In this document: positions 27,237 through 39,539 of the stretch, piece after piece | Numbering within the stretch: position 1 is the stretch's first letter | Layout of the letters: each line of letters starts with the position of its first letter | From: Antedon mediterranea | Taxonomy: Eukaryota > Animalia > Echinodermata | Direction: 5' to 3' | Length of the DNA stretch: 64,000 nt | NCBI RefSeq assembly: GCF_964355755.1 | Contig: NC_092680.1 | Location: 1,302,001 to 1,366,000 of the forward strand | Notes under the pieces: model-generated | Seen by the model: only the letters and a program-made list of their open reading frames with translations | What the model was told of the DNA's origin: nothing | Databases searched by the model: none | Position numbers and translations under genes: made by a program

Positions 27237-30200
27237 TTATGCTGGTTCAATAGAATTCTTGCAGACTGATTTCTTACACGTCATCGCAATAAGATTCCAA
27301 AAGAAAATGATGAATTCAGTGATTGTCATGGCTGAAACACCGATGTACAAGCCAAGCAATCCTCCGACGCCACCAAGAAGGTTTTCAATCTGATGAAAAA
27401 ATACTACGGTTAAAATAAATCCATAAAAACCAATTGATATACGCATCTGAATTGAAATGAAAATTTACATTAAAATCAAAACGTTGAGACCCGTTTAATG
27501 CTTTTACGTTAGATCTAATACGTTGGAACGAAATTACAAAATTACAAATGTAAAGTTCATTTTTCACTAGGCGGAATCGAAAGCGTCAGTATATCTGGAA
27601 AAGTAGCTCATCCAAGAGTATTAAAAAATATAGGAGCACATGGGCTTCTTTTCGAGGTTTTATAGCAGTCTATATTTAATTGTCTAACAATTTAATGCCA
27701 TACAAATGTGTTTCTGATTTTTTTTTTAATGATCCACTCTTGTTTAGGCCTAGGCCTGATATTGTCAACCCTGTAAATATCGCTCTTTCAACAACAACAA
27801 AATTATTATTTTAAAAAAAATTGTATCCGTAGAGGTTCGAATCCACCCAATCTAGAGCAGAAAGCACTCAAACCTGAGCATTACCCGTTACGCCACAACG
27901 TACATGACTGAACAGCTGATAATAGTCTATTTATACGTGTATTACGCAATTCATCATTACGTCATAAGCATCATATTAACCTTTGTAAAACCAAAAATGA
28001 CCAGTTGGCTCAGTCGCCTGAGCGTCGTGTTAACAACACGCATGTCGTGGGTTCGATTCCCACGCTGGCCGGTGGAATAGAGTTAATGCTATGCGAGCAC
28101 CTGTGTTTGGGGTTCACAGATCAAACGTCCCCCTTTCCACCACACATCATGAGGCGACAATATCAATGCATCTGGTGATGTGCTGGAAACGACCCCAAAA
28201 GGCTGTGGCAGGGCCTTAGTGCTGAGGCAGGGAGAGCACATTTAACATCTTTTTTTTTATTTAATTTTTTTTCAACCTGTATTCGATCTCGTAAATTGTA
28301 TGCTTGGCGCCCTCAACTTTAAAGAAATTAATAATTCTCTTCCTTACGTATTTAGAATGGAATTTATATTCATCGCAGAAGTACGAAGCGGTTTGGTATG
28401 CCGTGCGTTGTTATGCAAATGATTTTATACAGGTGTAGTGGGAAAGATGGTATTGTTAGTCTTTCGCAATCAACACGCCACACTGTTAAATTTTGATTTT
28501 ATTAATCAGTGTGTTACTACATTGCTAGCGAAATATCCGATTCATGCAACATATTGTATTATAATATATTATAAATAATCGTTTATGGTATTTGGTGTGT
28601 ATCCCAGAAAATGTTTTAAACAGATAGTTTGTCTCCGATGGTTTTTGTATGGGGTTAATGGGGAGTAAAATAAGACCAAATATGGAACATTTTCAATGAT
28701 GCCGATGTCTAGACCAACTTCTAAACTTATATACTAATTCCGCCGCCGGGCTAGGCCTTAGGCATATACGAAGTCGATTTTTTAAAGTAGAAAACCCCAC
28801 CTAACATTTTTAAAGTCGATCTGCATAGTTGGCATTTTAACATTATCATAATTATCATAGGTGATTATGTAATGAGTATAAGTGCAATTCTGGGAGTTAG
28901 CTTTATTTTCATTCTTTAGCTCTGTCCCAACCATGGCGGGCTAGCACTGGAGACTTCATATTTAATTTCATATTTCAATGAATAGGTGCACTTTCCGGGG
29001 ACAAGCTCTATTGTCCTTGTGAGTCTTAGTTTGTTTCAAATCATGTAAAGTTTTTTTCGGCCGGGAACCTAGCAGCTCTATTTTTCAAATTGTCTTTGCT
29101 CATCCCCAACCATGGTGTGGGGTACTGAAGACTCTTATACGTTTTGTTTCAATAGATGTCATTTCCGGGGACCTTGCAGCTCTATTTTAAACAGTTTGGT
29201 ATGCTGTGCGTTGTTATGCAAATGAGCTTATGCATTTGTAATGGTTTATTCGCAGTCAACACGCCACAATGAACATTTTTGATTTTGTTACAAATTCGCC
29301 TAGTGGAACATCGGTTAAGGAAAATTAAAGGAACAAAAGTAAGATTTATAAATATATAAATTAAAGGTAATTACACATGGAAATAACCTGGCTGGTATGA
29401 TATTAACTCATATATAATCATTGTATTTCTTTTTTTATTTTCATTATACTTTACCGTGTACAAAGGTATTTGATCTAGTTTTTCCAAATTTAATTCTTCA
29501 AAGTATAATCTCAATCGCACCAGGTTCTTCCTGAAAGAGAACACATTGTTATTTATCCTTTTCTTTAAGTTAAACACAGTATTTGAATAGAATAATTGTT
29601 ATTATAGCCTGAGTGCACAGAACAGTTAATATACACAACTGTGTGAAATAAGTAAATGAAATCTTTTTTTTTGGTATACCATATAGAATGTCAGAAAAAT
29701 AATGAGGAAAATCGTTTTTCGGTATTTTTAAATTTTGGCCGATATAACACACACAAATACCTATTAACACAAACAAATACCTATATATATAGGGTATAGG
29801 GAAAAACCAATTTACGGTTTTTGTTAAATGGAGTTGTAAATCTTAGTTCTCTGAGTGCGTACACATAAACAGTGCAAAACCTTCCGATTCTCCCGATGTC
29901 ATAAGATAGATTCTAACTGACTATCACAAGTCATCTGAAGAATAGGGCCAGCTGGAGAATGTGGCAAAACATAATATATTATACATATAATATAGGCCTA
30001 TTCACGTTGGAGAATATACCACATTGGGGGGATGTTTCTGTACGCTAGCCTAGCCAGTTGACCACACCCTTTACAAACCACGCCCTAATACACATGAATA
30101 ATAATTACCTTGATGTTTCGACATTCGTTAACATCCTAGTAGCATTCGGGTTAGTCCAGTTGACCACACCCTCTACAAACCACACTCTCTACAAACCACG

Positions 30201-33200
30201 CCCTGATACATGAATACAATAATTACCTTGATGTTTCGATATTCGTTAACATCCTAGCAGCATTCAGGTTAGTTGTTAACAGTCTAGAATATAGATGCTC
30301 CTTTAAAAAAAACCGAATAACTTATAAGATTTAAAAAAACACAAAATTAACAAGGCCTATACTGTTTATCATTCATTCATTCGTTCGTTCGTTCATTCAT
30401 TCAATCTTTTATTTCGGAATCTCTGGTCCACAGAAAGTAAAATTACGTATTACGTATAAATTAATTAAAAATAAACAAGACAAGTACTAATTACTACTAC
30501 TCATCTCGGGATGGCATTTCACCCGGAGAGCATCTTTGACTTATATAAGACGTTGTCTATAATCGTTGAGACTAAAACATTTATTAAGTTCAATCACTTT
30601 GTAGTTTGTTAGGTAAAGGTAAATTACAGTTACCTCATATCGTTCAGATGGCCAAAGTGACGTCGAGGTGGAAATGGCGTAAGTGGTGTCCCTTTAAGAC
30701 AAACGATACAGAATTAATGGAATTGGAATAAAGATTACCGGTATTCAGTTTGGTATGCTAATACAATATTAGAATAAGTAAATGTAAATGAATCAGGGAA
30801 GGGTGTAATTTAACTCTTCCCTGATGTTATTTAAACAAAAATTAAAATTGTAGGCTTTTATGATAGTTTCTGTACCACATAATATGTTTACTGCTCGTTT
30901 TTTCTGATACCATCCACTTACTTTAATTAATATCAAATGGAATGGGACTGCTCATACTTGCTCAGAATAAAACTATATTGCATGCAAGTCATCATTTTGT
31001 TTGATATCCATAAGTGGATCATAACTTACGTGCAAGACAGTGGACAGTTGCATTCCAATTCGTCTTCTTCATACAGTTGCTCAACAAGTTGACGGCATAT
31101 CTCTAAAATAAAATTGGTTATAGTTATTAAATAAAAGTTGAAAGTGATGATACATGATACAGTGCGTTACTGCGTATCTAGTTGCGCGGGGGACTTACGG
31201 CCAATATTTACACAGACGAGCGGTATCGGTAAGCGGAAAACCGCGTAGCTTATCCCATTGTAGAATGTGTATCTATCCTAAGCGGAAACTGCCCGTCAGC
31301 TCCGCATTGGTAAATAGAAATAAGGAATAATAACATAGATTCTATATTTGTATTACCGTCGTATTACGCAGTCATATTGAGTTGTCTATCTCTGGTGAAT
31401 CAGCTTTAATCTGTAATTGTGTTTTTTCTTTCTTATTCTTACGTTGTTTTTGATCTAGAACACTGCACTGGTCTGCTTCAATCAGGATGTCGGTAACGCA
31501 ACCACATTTGCCGTATAATTCCTGCTGTACACACGATTTGATACAAGCGGCTGTCGAGTAGTTAAACGAGCTTGATCTATATTGGGAGTCAGATCCATCT
31601 ACAGTGCAGTTTCCATAAGGTTCTGGTAGACGGGATATAGCTGTCTGAAAGGTAAACATTTAAATAACTGCTGTCGTATAACGAATTTAGCAGCAAATTA
31701 TTCGTCTCCAAATATGTTTTATGTTGTGTTATTATGTCTTAAGAAAGGGGACTCAGAACAAGCTAAAAACACTGACAACACTTGTAAATTTTCTTTCTAA
31801 GAAAATGAAACAAACTTCGTTTGCGGTGGAAGACATGCTTGCCCTATTGATGTTACTAATTATAATATTTCAGAGTGTACAGTAAGTAATATTTCTTGTT
31901 TCTTGTGTACCTGTCGTATGCCAATTGACGTAGCAGTCCCTGGGTTGGCAGTGATGCCATCGTCTTCCGGAAAAGGTTTAATGTCGGATGGATGAATCGA
32001 TATTCTTACACCTGTTTCTGGAGAAAGAATTCCTACGTACTCAGGTTGCTCCAGAAACAGTGTCAGATGAAGACCTGATAAAAACAAATAACATAAGAAA
32101 ATATAGAATAATGTCTCCAAGCATTGATTTAGTCTGGATAAAGCCAGTGTACCATTGTTTCTACTCTTCTCTTTAAAATAAGGCCAACAGCCATAAGTCG
32201 CGTGCTAAAACACATAGTGATACCTGACCGACAGACCGACAGACAGACCGTCAGACCGACAGACCGACCGACCGACATAGTGAACTATTATATTATATAG
32301 AGTCGCGTCCACGCTACTAAAAAACTCTTCATTTGCCGTTTTCAATGCTGGTGAACTTATTCAAATTGTATATTCATATTTCAAACAACGTACAATAGTA
32401 CTTTCGATCTTGGTCGTAGAACTGGTAGCTTATAAGGTTAACATTTAACTAATTGCTGTTTTCAATGCTGGTGAACTTATTCAAATTGTATATTCATCTT
32501 CTAACTACTGCATATTATTTATAAATTTCAAACAACGTGCAATAGTACTTTCGATCTTGGTCGTAGAACTGGTAGCTATAAGGCTCTACCATTTACTGTA
32601 AGAGAATTTTTCACTATTATGTACCGTTCTACGTTTATAGTTTCTATTGAAATATGAAATCTTTATTTACCATACTGTGCTCCTGATTTACTTGTTTTTC
32701 TCAACGGATAAAAGTCAGTGTTCACGTCGTGGTTAAATGTGTAACAGTTACCGTAATGCTTATTCTGAAACTTGTGGAACTCTCTAAACAAAAACAAAAA
32801 ACTTTTTTAAGGTAAAGTTAAGAGAGAAAGTCTGCACTGCCCGGCAACAATGCTGAAAAATCATTAAGAAAATACATACATTTACGCATGCGCATATGGG
32901 CCATGATTTCCTCTCGAAAAACATGCGCCACATGATATATTTTAAAGGTCACTAAATGTTAAGCTCTACTCTATCAAACTTTATGTGATAAAAAAGTGTG
33001 ATGTGCCCATATATGGACATAATGATGTCATATCACTACCATATTTGGGTATATCACTGCCATATTTGAGCATATCACACTTTTTTTTGTCAAACTAGTT
33101 TGATAGTATTCAACTTACGTATAATTACAACTGCGTTTGTCGAATGTACACTGTATTATGAGGTCCTCGGCGTTATGACCCAGGTCACGTAGTTCTTCTT

Positions 33201-35290
33201 TCGTCAGTCTTGTAACCTCCAGTATATCACTGAAGTCGTCTGCCTTTGAATTGTCATAAAATCCCTGCCAGTCGTTTTCATCCGTCACGTCACCCCAGTC
33301 GTAATAATGATCGTATTCAAAGGTGAAATCAGAATCATAATAATAGTTGTCGTACCAATCAAATAGATTGTGGTAAGATGATAGGGAAGAAGACGACGAT
33401 GATGATAAAGAGGAGGAGGAGGAGGAAGAAGAGGAGGAATAATTAGACGAAGAGGAAGAATAATTAGACGAAGAAGAGGAATATGACGTATCGTAGGACC
33501 AATCAAACCACCAGGAGTAATCGTAATCTCCACCTTCTATTCCACCATCGACTTCAAGAAGACCTTCGAATCGGGTTCCTGGCAAAGCAGATCTTCTTAA
33601 TCGATTCATATTACAAATAGTGATGGCAGGGAAAGTCAAGTCGCTCTTTGACACCACTTGAATCTGCGTGATCGTCGGTCTTTTTAAGTAATCCGAGATC
33701 AAATAGTAGCCCTGGTAACCAGAGAGGGCGAACAGACCAAGGGTCAACAACAACCAGAAAATGCGCAGAAGAACATGTGATTTCTCTGCAATGTGCGCAA
33801 TTCCATGCGCACTTGTCTTTCCAGCAAACTCATTGAATAGTTGGGTGTATGACGTCCGTTTGGGCCTATCTAGTTTGACCTCATTGGCATGTTCCACCAC
33901 GGGTGCTGGTTCATATATCGGTACTGCATATCCCTCCGTGTTACCATGGATGATGACTGCTGGCTGCCTATGAGAAAACAAAACAATCATAAAGTAAATC
34001 ATATGAAATTATCACCCGATTATTGATTTATTAATACTATTTGCAATTTATTACCATGATTAATGTTAGATTTTTAAAATAAAAGTTGAAATTTGAATTA
34101 TTACTAGTAAATAATTATTTTTAGTAATAGTTTAAATAAAAATGTACTGCACTGGTGATTAATAAACTATTTATACATTTTTTCAATCATTATTTTATTA
34201 GTCTCGTTTTGTACAGTCATAATCACTATCCTAATTGTAATTCATAACTCCACTTTGTAACTACCATTGCCACCAACATTTTCAAAGTCTTATCAGCTCT
34301 CAGACATTCTCAATTTGTTGTCCTACCACGTGAAAATGTAATATAATTGCAAATCTTATTTTCATTACAGAATTCCCTTGAAACATATTGATTTCAATGT
34401 ATTCGATAACTAATGAGATCATTAAAATTAATCCACAATTACAGTATTTGTATTTTTGGCATTAAATATTAATATGTACATTATGTTATCAATAATTGGA
34501 ATTTAAAATACTAGTATTTCAAATAACCGAGAACGACATCTATATTATAACGGAATAACGTGTAATTGTACTTCTTTTCCTCTCCTATAACAATGTTTTG
34601 TATGAATATATACATTGCTAAGCGTTTGGCTATACTATGTTTAAAATGGCAATTTTCTGCGAAAAATCAGTTTGTCGATGTGACCGATTCTGTGTATTTC
34701 TACACTTCAGGCAGCCATGAGTAGCCAGTGCAATCATAAACAAATGATGCAATTTAGATATCACAGCCCCAAAGAATAGATTATCGTTGGCCCAAAAACA
34801 CGTTGTTTCTTTCCTATTATTTTGACAAAATAGGTTATTTTTTTCAAAATATGTTTAGAAAAGGATGTTTATAAGAGTTACCACAGAAAAGAGAAATTAT
34901 TATCAAAGTTAATCTCTGATTTAATAATAAGTTAGTGAAACAGTGTGGTGCGGACTTTTCCTGGTTTATTTAACAATAACACTTTCTTTATTTTTACACT
35001 TGTGCTAAATTGTAAATTTAAAATAATTAACCATAACATTTATTGCTACTGTACTTTTGTATCTTAAACTTGTGCGTCCATGACTTACATAACAAACACC
35101 AACTAAAGGATACATTTATACTTAAACTTGTGCGTCCATGACTTACATAACAAACTCCAACTAAAGGATACATTTATACTTAAGACCATACAAATTATAA
35201 CATACTAACACATAACAGCATTTACAATATACACAGAAATAAAGAATACTAAATTGTTTTTAATTATAATAACGAATTAACTTACTGCAT
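27237..35290 (-). CDS. DEG/ENaC (amiloride-sensitive sodium channel) family subunit, paralogue A
   Basis: Exons 35290-35286 (ATG CA, inferred), 33967-33119, 32783-32671, 32074-31911, 31644-31443, 31102-31030, 30691-30634, 30300-30227, 29530-29455 and 27389-27237. Motifs TSAHG, FPAITICNMN, YGNCYTFN, GLHLTL..EQPEY, Cys-rich thumb, WPS, and TM2 LLGGVGGLLGLYIGVS. Confidence 0.93.
27999..28258 (+). mobile_element. tRNA-derived SINE (tRNA-Ile-like head 27999-28071)
   Basis: A box TGGCTCAGTCG and B box GGTTCGATTCC with a perfect T stem GTGGG/CCCAC. The D loop lacks GG and the acceptor and anticodon stems have mismatches. About 180 bp of non-tRNA body follows, ending in a T tract. Confidence 0.65.
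28600..28870. repeat. Dispersed repeat shared with 52020-52270 (partial copy near 51400-51480)
   Basis: CCCAGAA..ATGTTTTAAACAGATAGTTTGTCTCCGATG...GATGCCGAT.TCTAGACCAA...AGTAGAAAACCCCACCTAA...TTATCATAATTATCATAGGTGATTAT is seen at both loci. Confidence 0.8.
32180..32322 (-). mobile_element. Short DINE-1/HINE-like element with (GACC/GACA)n microsatellite
   Basis: Reverse-orientation relative of 35669-35789: AAGGCC..AGTCGCGTG..(GACC)n..CATAGTGA.CTAT..AGAGTCGCGT..ACTAAAAA. Confidence 0.55.
32962..33107. mobile_element. MITE family 1 copy (degenerate ends)
   Basis: AGCTCTACTCTATCAAACT ... AAACTAGTTTGATAGT, next to the 33119 splice donor. Confidence 0.7.
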
Positions 35291-35668
35291 ATCTGTCTGT
35301 CCTCCGTTAATAAACTCGTATCAACTTGTTGGAGTAAAAACACGTCTGCATTCGGTTACTGTCAATCCAAACAATTGCTTTATTTATCAATCTCACAATT
35401 GGTAAAGAGATTTATGTAAATGTCTTACATTTGTACTTAGCTTTTGTTTAATCCAGAATCAGTTAGTTACCATAACATTATCGACTGCTTGATCAGGGTC
35501 AGAAATATAACCAACTACAAAATTCCTTCATTACCTATATTAGGTCAGCCTTCGTTTCAGGAATCCTTTCATTTACAAACTCGTATTGTAATTACTCGAT
35601 TGAGCGTTTTGAACATGGGCTATCAGAGTAAATATGATATCTTCGAGGAATTGGCCTGGCTTCTGGCT

Positions 35669-35789
35669 TTTCAGTCGCGTGCAAATGCGACTCTACAGCT
35701 CACTATGTCGATCGGTCGGTCGGTCGGTCGATAAACATTAATTCAAATTTGAGCACGTGACGACTGCAGCCATGTATATGGCCTTGTTA
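35669..35789 (+). mobile_element. Short DINE-1/HINE-like element
   Basis: 5' hairpin AGTCGC-gtgcaaat-GCGACT, (GGTC)n microsatellite, 3' CGACT copy, stem-loop GCCATGTATATGGC, CTTGTT end. A reverse copy lies at ~39245-39350. Confidence 0.6.
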
Positions 35790-38160
35790 AAACATTAACA
35801 CGATGTTGAACATACACATTTAGTTACACTGTTCCAATGATAGGCACATATTTAAGATTTGTTCCTTGAATATAATCCATCTTTCTTTCTGTCTTTCTTT
35901 CATTTTTCCTTTCTTTCTTGCTTCAATTTAAAGCCACATGGCATTGACACCTAATGTGTACACTTTAAGGTGCTTTGTGATCGATAGTGCCGACCAATAT
36001 CACATTAACCCTTAATAGCGTCGATAATTTATCAAAGTCACATTTGTTTTTGGAGCATGTGTATTTAAATCAACAACCGATATCGATTGGTAATTATGAT
36101 ACAGAAAATGACCACTTACTATTGTAATTTTTTTTTAATGACACATTTTTGAGAGAAATTGTTACAATACTGCATTGCTAATAAACAATAACACTTACAA
36201 ACTAAATCGATATACAAAGACGTGACAAAACACAAACTTAATTGTATTTTTACCAATTTCTACAAATGATAATATGAATAAAAAAATATTTAAAAAAATA
36301 TGAAACACGCATTCATGTTTTCTCCTACCTTCTGAAATGTGAATAATAATGTTCTGGCAATTTGGTATTAGTTCATGAACTGTTTAAGTATGTGCTTATA
36401 TATAAATTTACGTAAGGGCAAAATTCGGTAAATCGCGCCTTACTTCTAGAATTTTTACTCAATGGTATATAAAGTTGGTTCGTATTTTCGGTACTGATTT
36501 TAACCACCTGATGTAACCCTGTTTACTAATTAAATTAAGTTAGATAATTAGTTATTGACGATTAAAACGAATTTAGGTTCAACGATTTGCCCCAAATAGG
36601 GGTGTTTTCCGATCGTGGTATACACTGTCTAATGGATGTCCATCTTGAAAATTACCCGCCACATAAATGCGAGGAGGCTTCGCATTTTCCTATCACCTCC
36701 TACGATAATGGTTTTTAATAGCTGAAAACCGGTTGAACAGTTCGAGTACAGCATCATAATGGAAGGCAGTGGGATTAATGTTTTTTTTTACCACTTCTCA
36801 TATCCTACTAAACTTATATCAATAATATCAAGACAATGTGATACTGTGTGTCACATGACATTATACAGTAGCCACTTTTTCAAGAACGTTATGTCGAAGA
36901 TGCTGCAGAGACTCGACAATTTTAGCCATCCAATTTCACTCGAAACCGTTATGTTATGATCGAATATTACTGTATATCTTATGCATCGTTTGGTCATAGA
37001 AGCAAAATCTATTAGCAAATTGATTTCAGTATCCTCAAATTGGTTATACATTTCAGGAAAACACTCACTTTGCGTGTAAAATACACTAGTATGGTCTATA
37101 AAGAGGCAAGATAGTCATATTATTCGTTAAAAAAAATATATATATATATTATAAATAAAATGCTAATTAATGTTATATATTTGATTATTAGTATAGTAGG
37201 CCAAATGTTAAGGCATAGAAGGAATATACTGGGAGGTTTCTGATATCTTGATAAAATGGAAATTTCCATCGTTTTCAACAAATAATCAGATACAACACAG
37301 TTAAGTTGCTCCGTGGTGTATTGTTTACGAATATGTAAAATTGTATTCCATATTGGCTGATTTTTATTCAATGTTGAAAGTGGCGAAAGTGATAAGCGGC
37401 TTCGGTACTTATGACCTATCTTTTACTCATTATAAAGTCAATAATAATGAAATTGCATAGAATTCTTTTAGATGTCAATAAACCGAATGCGTAGCAACAA
37501 ATGCGCGTTCGTTCAATCGTGTAGTGTTAATTCATCGATTTGTTTAGAAGAAAAAAAAGACGCAGATATTCAATTCCTATCCCTGTACTTTACAATGGAT
37601 GTGTGCAATAATGTAAGTCGTTTTATTGTTATATTTTTTGCTTTTATTAGTTGCTTTTTTTTTTTAAGAATTCAGCTGCAGGCTTTTAATTACAATTCAT
37701 TTATAAAGCATGTATTTTTTTTAATTGCTTTTTTGCGTACAGAGATTCTCGTACGACGGTATTATGGCTAGCGCCAATAGTTTCTTGTTGTTCGACATGA
37801 GACCGTGCGAGAAGTGGCAGATCACCGATAATTGATTGTGTGATATTCTTACTGGTCTGTTTTACCAATAATGATAAAAGAACATTCTTCGAGATATAAT
37901 GTTATGAGTATGGAACGCCTCCTCTGCATGATAAATGTAAACTGGAGGCCTAATTGTTAAACTATATAACTAGAATGCAACAATTGAAGAATGTCCAGTT
38001 TATTTATGTATATTTATTATTTATTATGAATTTAAATTTTAATAAATGATCCGAACACACACAACAATAAGGGTTAAATTAAATTACAATTATCTATTCA
38101 CAGTGTGTGGTTTCAATCTTATGTTTTTGATGATTTTCCACAATTCGACGTGATTTCAAA

Positions 38161-39455
38161 ATGGCAGATAGTCCAAGTTCTAAACAACCCAACGAGACAC
38201 TAAAAGAGATAATTGAAGATTTTGGTAATAACACAACAGCACATGGAATACCCCGGATTATCACCGCAACGAGCCTTTTACCAAAATTATTTTGGACTGT
38301 GCTGTGTCTGGTTGCGTTTTCTTTCTTTGCCTATCAATCTATAGAGATTCTCGAAGAATATCGCAGCTACCCAACTACAACGAAATTAGAATTAATACCA
38401 AAAAGTAAAGTTTCATTTCCCTCGGTGACTATCTGTAATATGAACCGTTTACGGAGATCAGCTTTAACAGGAACACGATTTGAAGAACTGGTTGACATTG
38501 ATGGTGGTTTTGACAAGGATTACAACGACTGGTTTGCATCCGATGTGTTTGCTGACTCATCGTATGAATCGCAGAGTGTCGATGCTGAATCACAGCAACC
38601 TCTTAATTATTCAACCACGTCATCAAGTTTGTTGGATAACGGAACAGAACCAACTTTCCCATCATCCAACGGGGCAAGTGACAATGGTGGAGGTGACTAC
38701 GGTGGTCCTTCTGGTGGTGGTCTTTCTGGTGGTGGTCCTTCTGGTGGTGGAAATGACTACGGTGGTCCTTCTGGTGGTGGAAATGACTACGGTGGTCCTT
38801 CTGGTGGGGATGGTGGTGGTTTTGGTGGTGGTGGAGATTATAACGGTGATTCTTCTTCTTCCTCTTATTACTCTTGGTATGACTTCAATTTCTTTCAATC
38901 GCTCAATTTTGTGTACGATGATTATTACAACTGGGGAAATATTGAAAACCCCAACGACTGGAGGGCAATTTACGATAATTCAGTAAGTCAGGATTATAGT
39001 GACGTGGTGAAAGCTCTTAACCCTACAAAAGAGGAACTAAGAGACCATGGCCACCAGGCAAGAGACTTTATACTGCAATGTACGTTTGATAAGAGAATGT
39101 GTAATTATACGTAAGTACAACAACTTTATCTTTTTTCCTTTTATAAAACAAAATACATTTCAACTATATTTCAACTCGCCACCATGACAAGTTTAGTTAT
39201 TATTTGCTGTTTTTTTTTAATTTTTGTTATTACGTTTAGCAACAAACAAGGCCATATACATGGCTGCAGTCGTGTGCGCAAATTTGAGTTACTGTTTACT
39301 GATCGACCACTGACATAGTGAGCTATTGCCGCGTTTGCATGCGACTAAAAATATGTCGACATCGTTAACCCCAAAATAATAACTATCAACTCTGTTAACG
39401 ATTTATCGAAACCAAATTTCAATTAGGTCTAAAATTGATTATTATTATTATTATT

Positions 39456-39539
<84 letters not shown>

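Noticed and set aside
27999-28071. Functional tRNA-Val(AAC) gene
   Set aside because: Ile-type body, missing D-loop GG, stem mismatches, and no immediate poly-T terminator. It continues into a SINE-like body.
27565-29305. CACTAGGCG / CGCCTAGTG inverted pair as a CACTA element
   Set aside because: Only a ~9-11 bp match with no clear TSD or subterminal repeats, so it could be chance.
38480-38986. Alternative-frame and antisense ORFs over the channel low-complexity regions (38480+, 38662-, 33285-)
   Set aside because: They are shadows of Gly/Ser codon repeats in the real reading frame.
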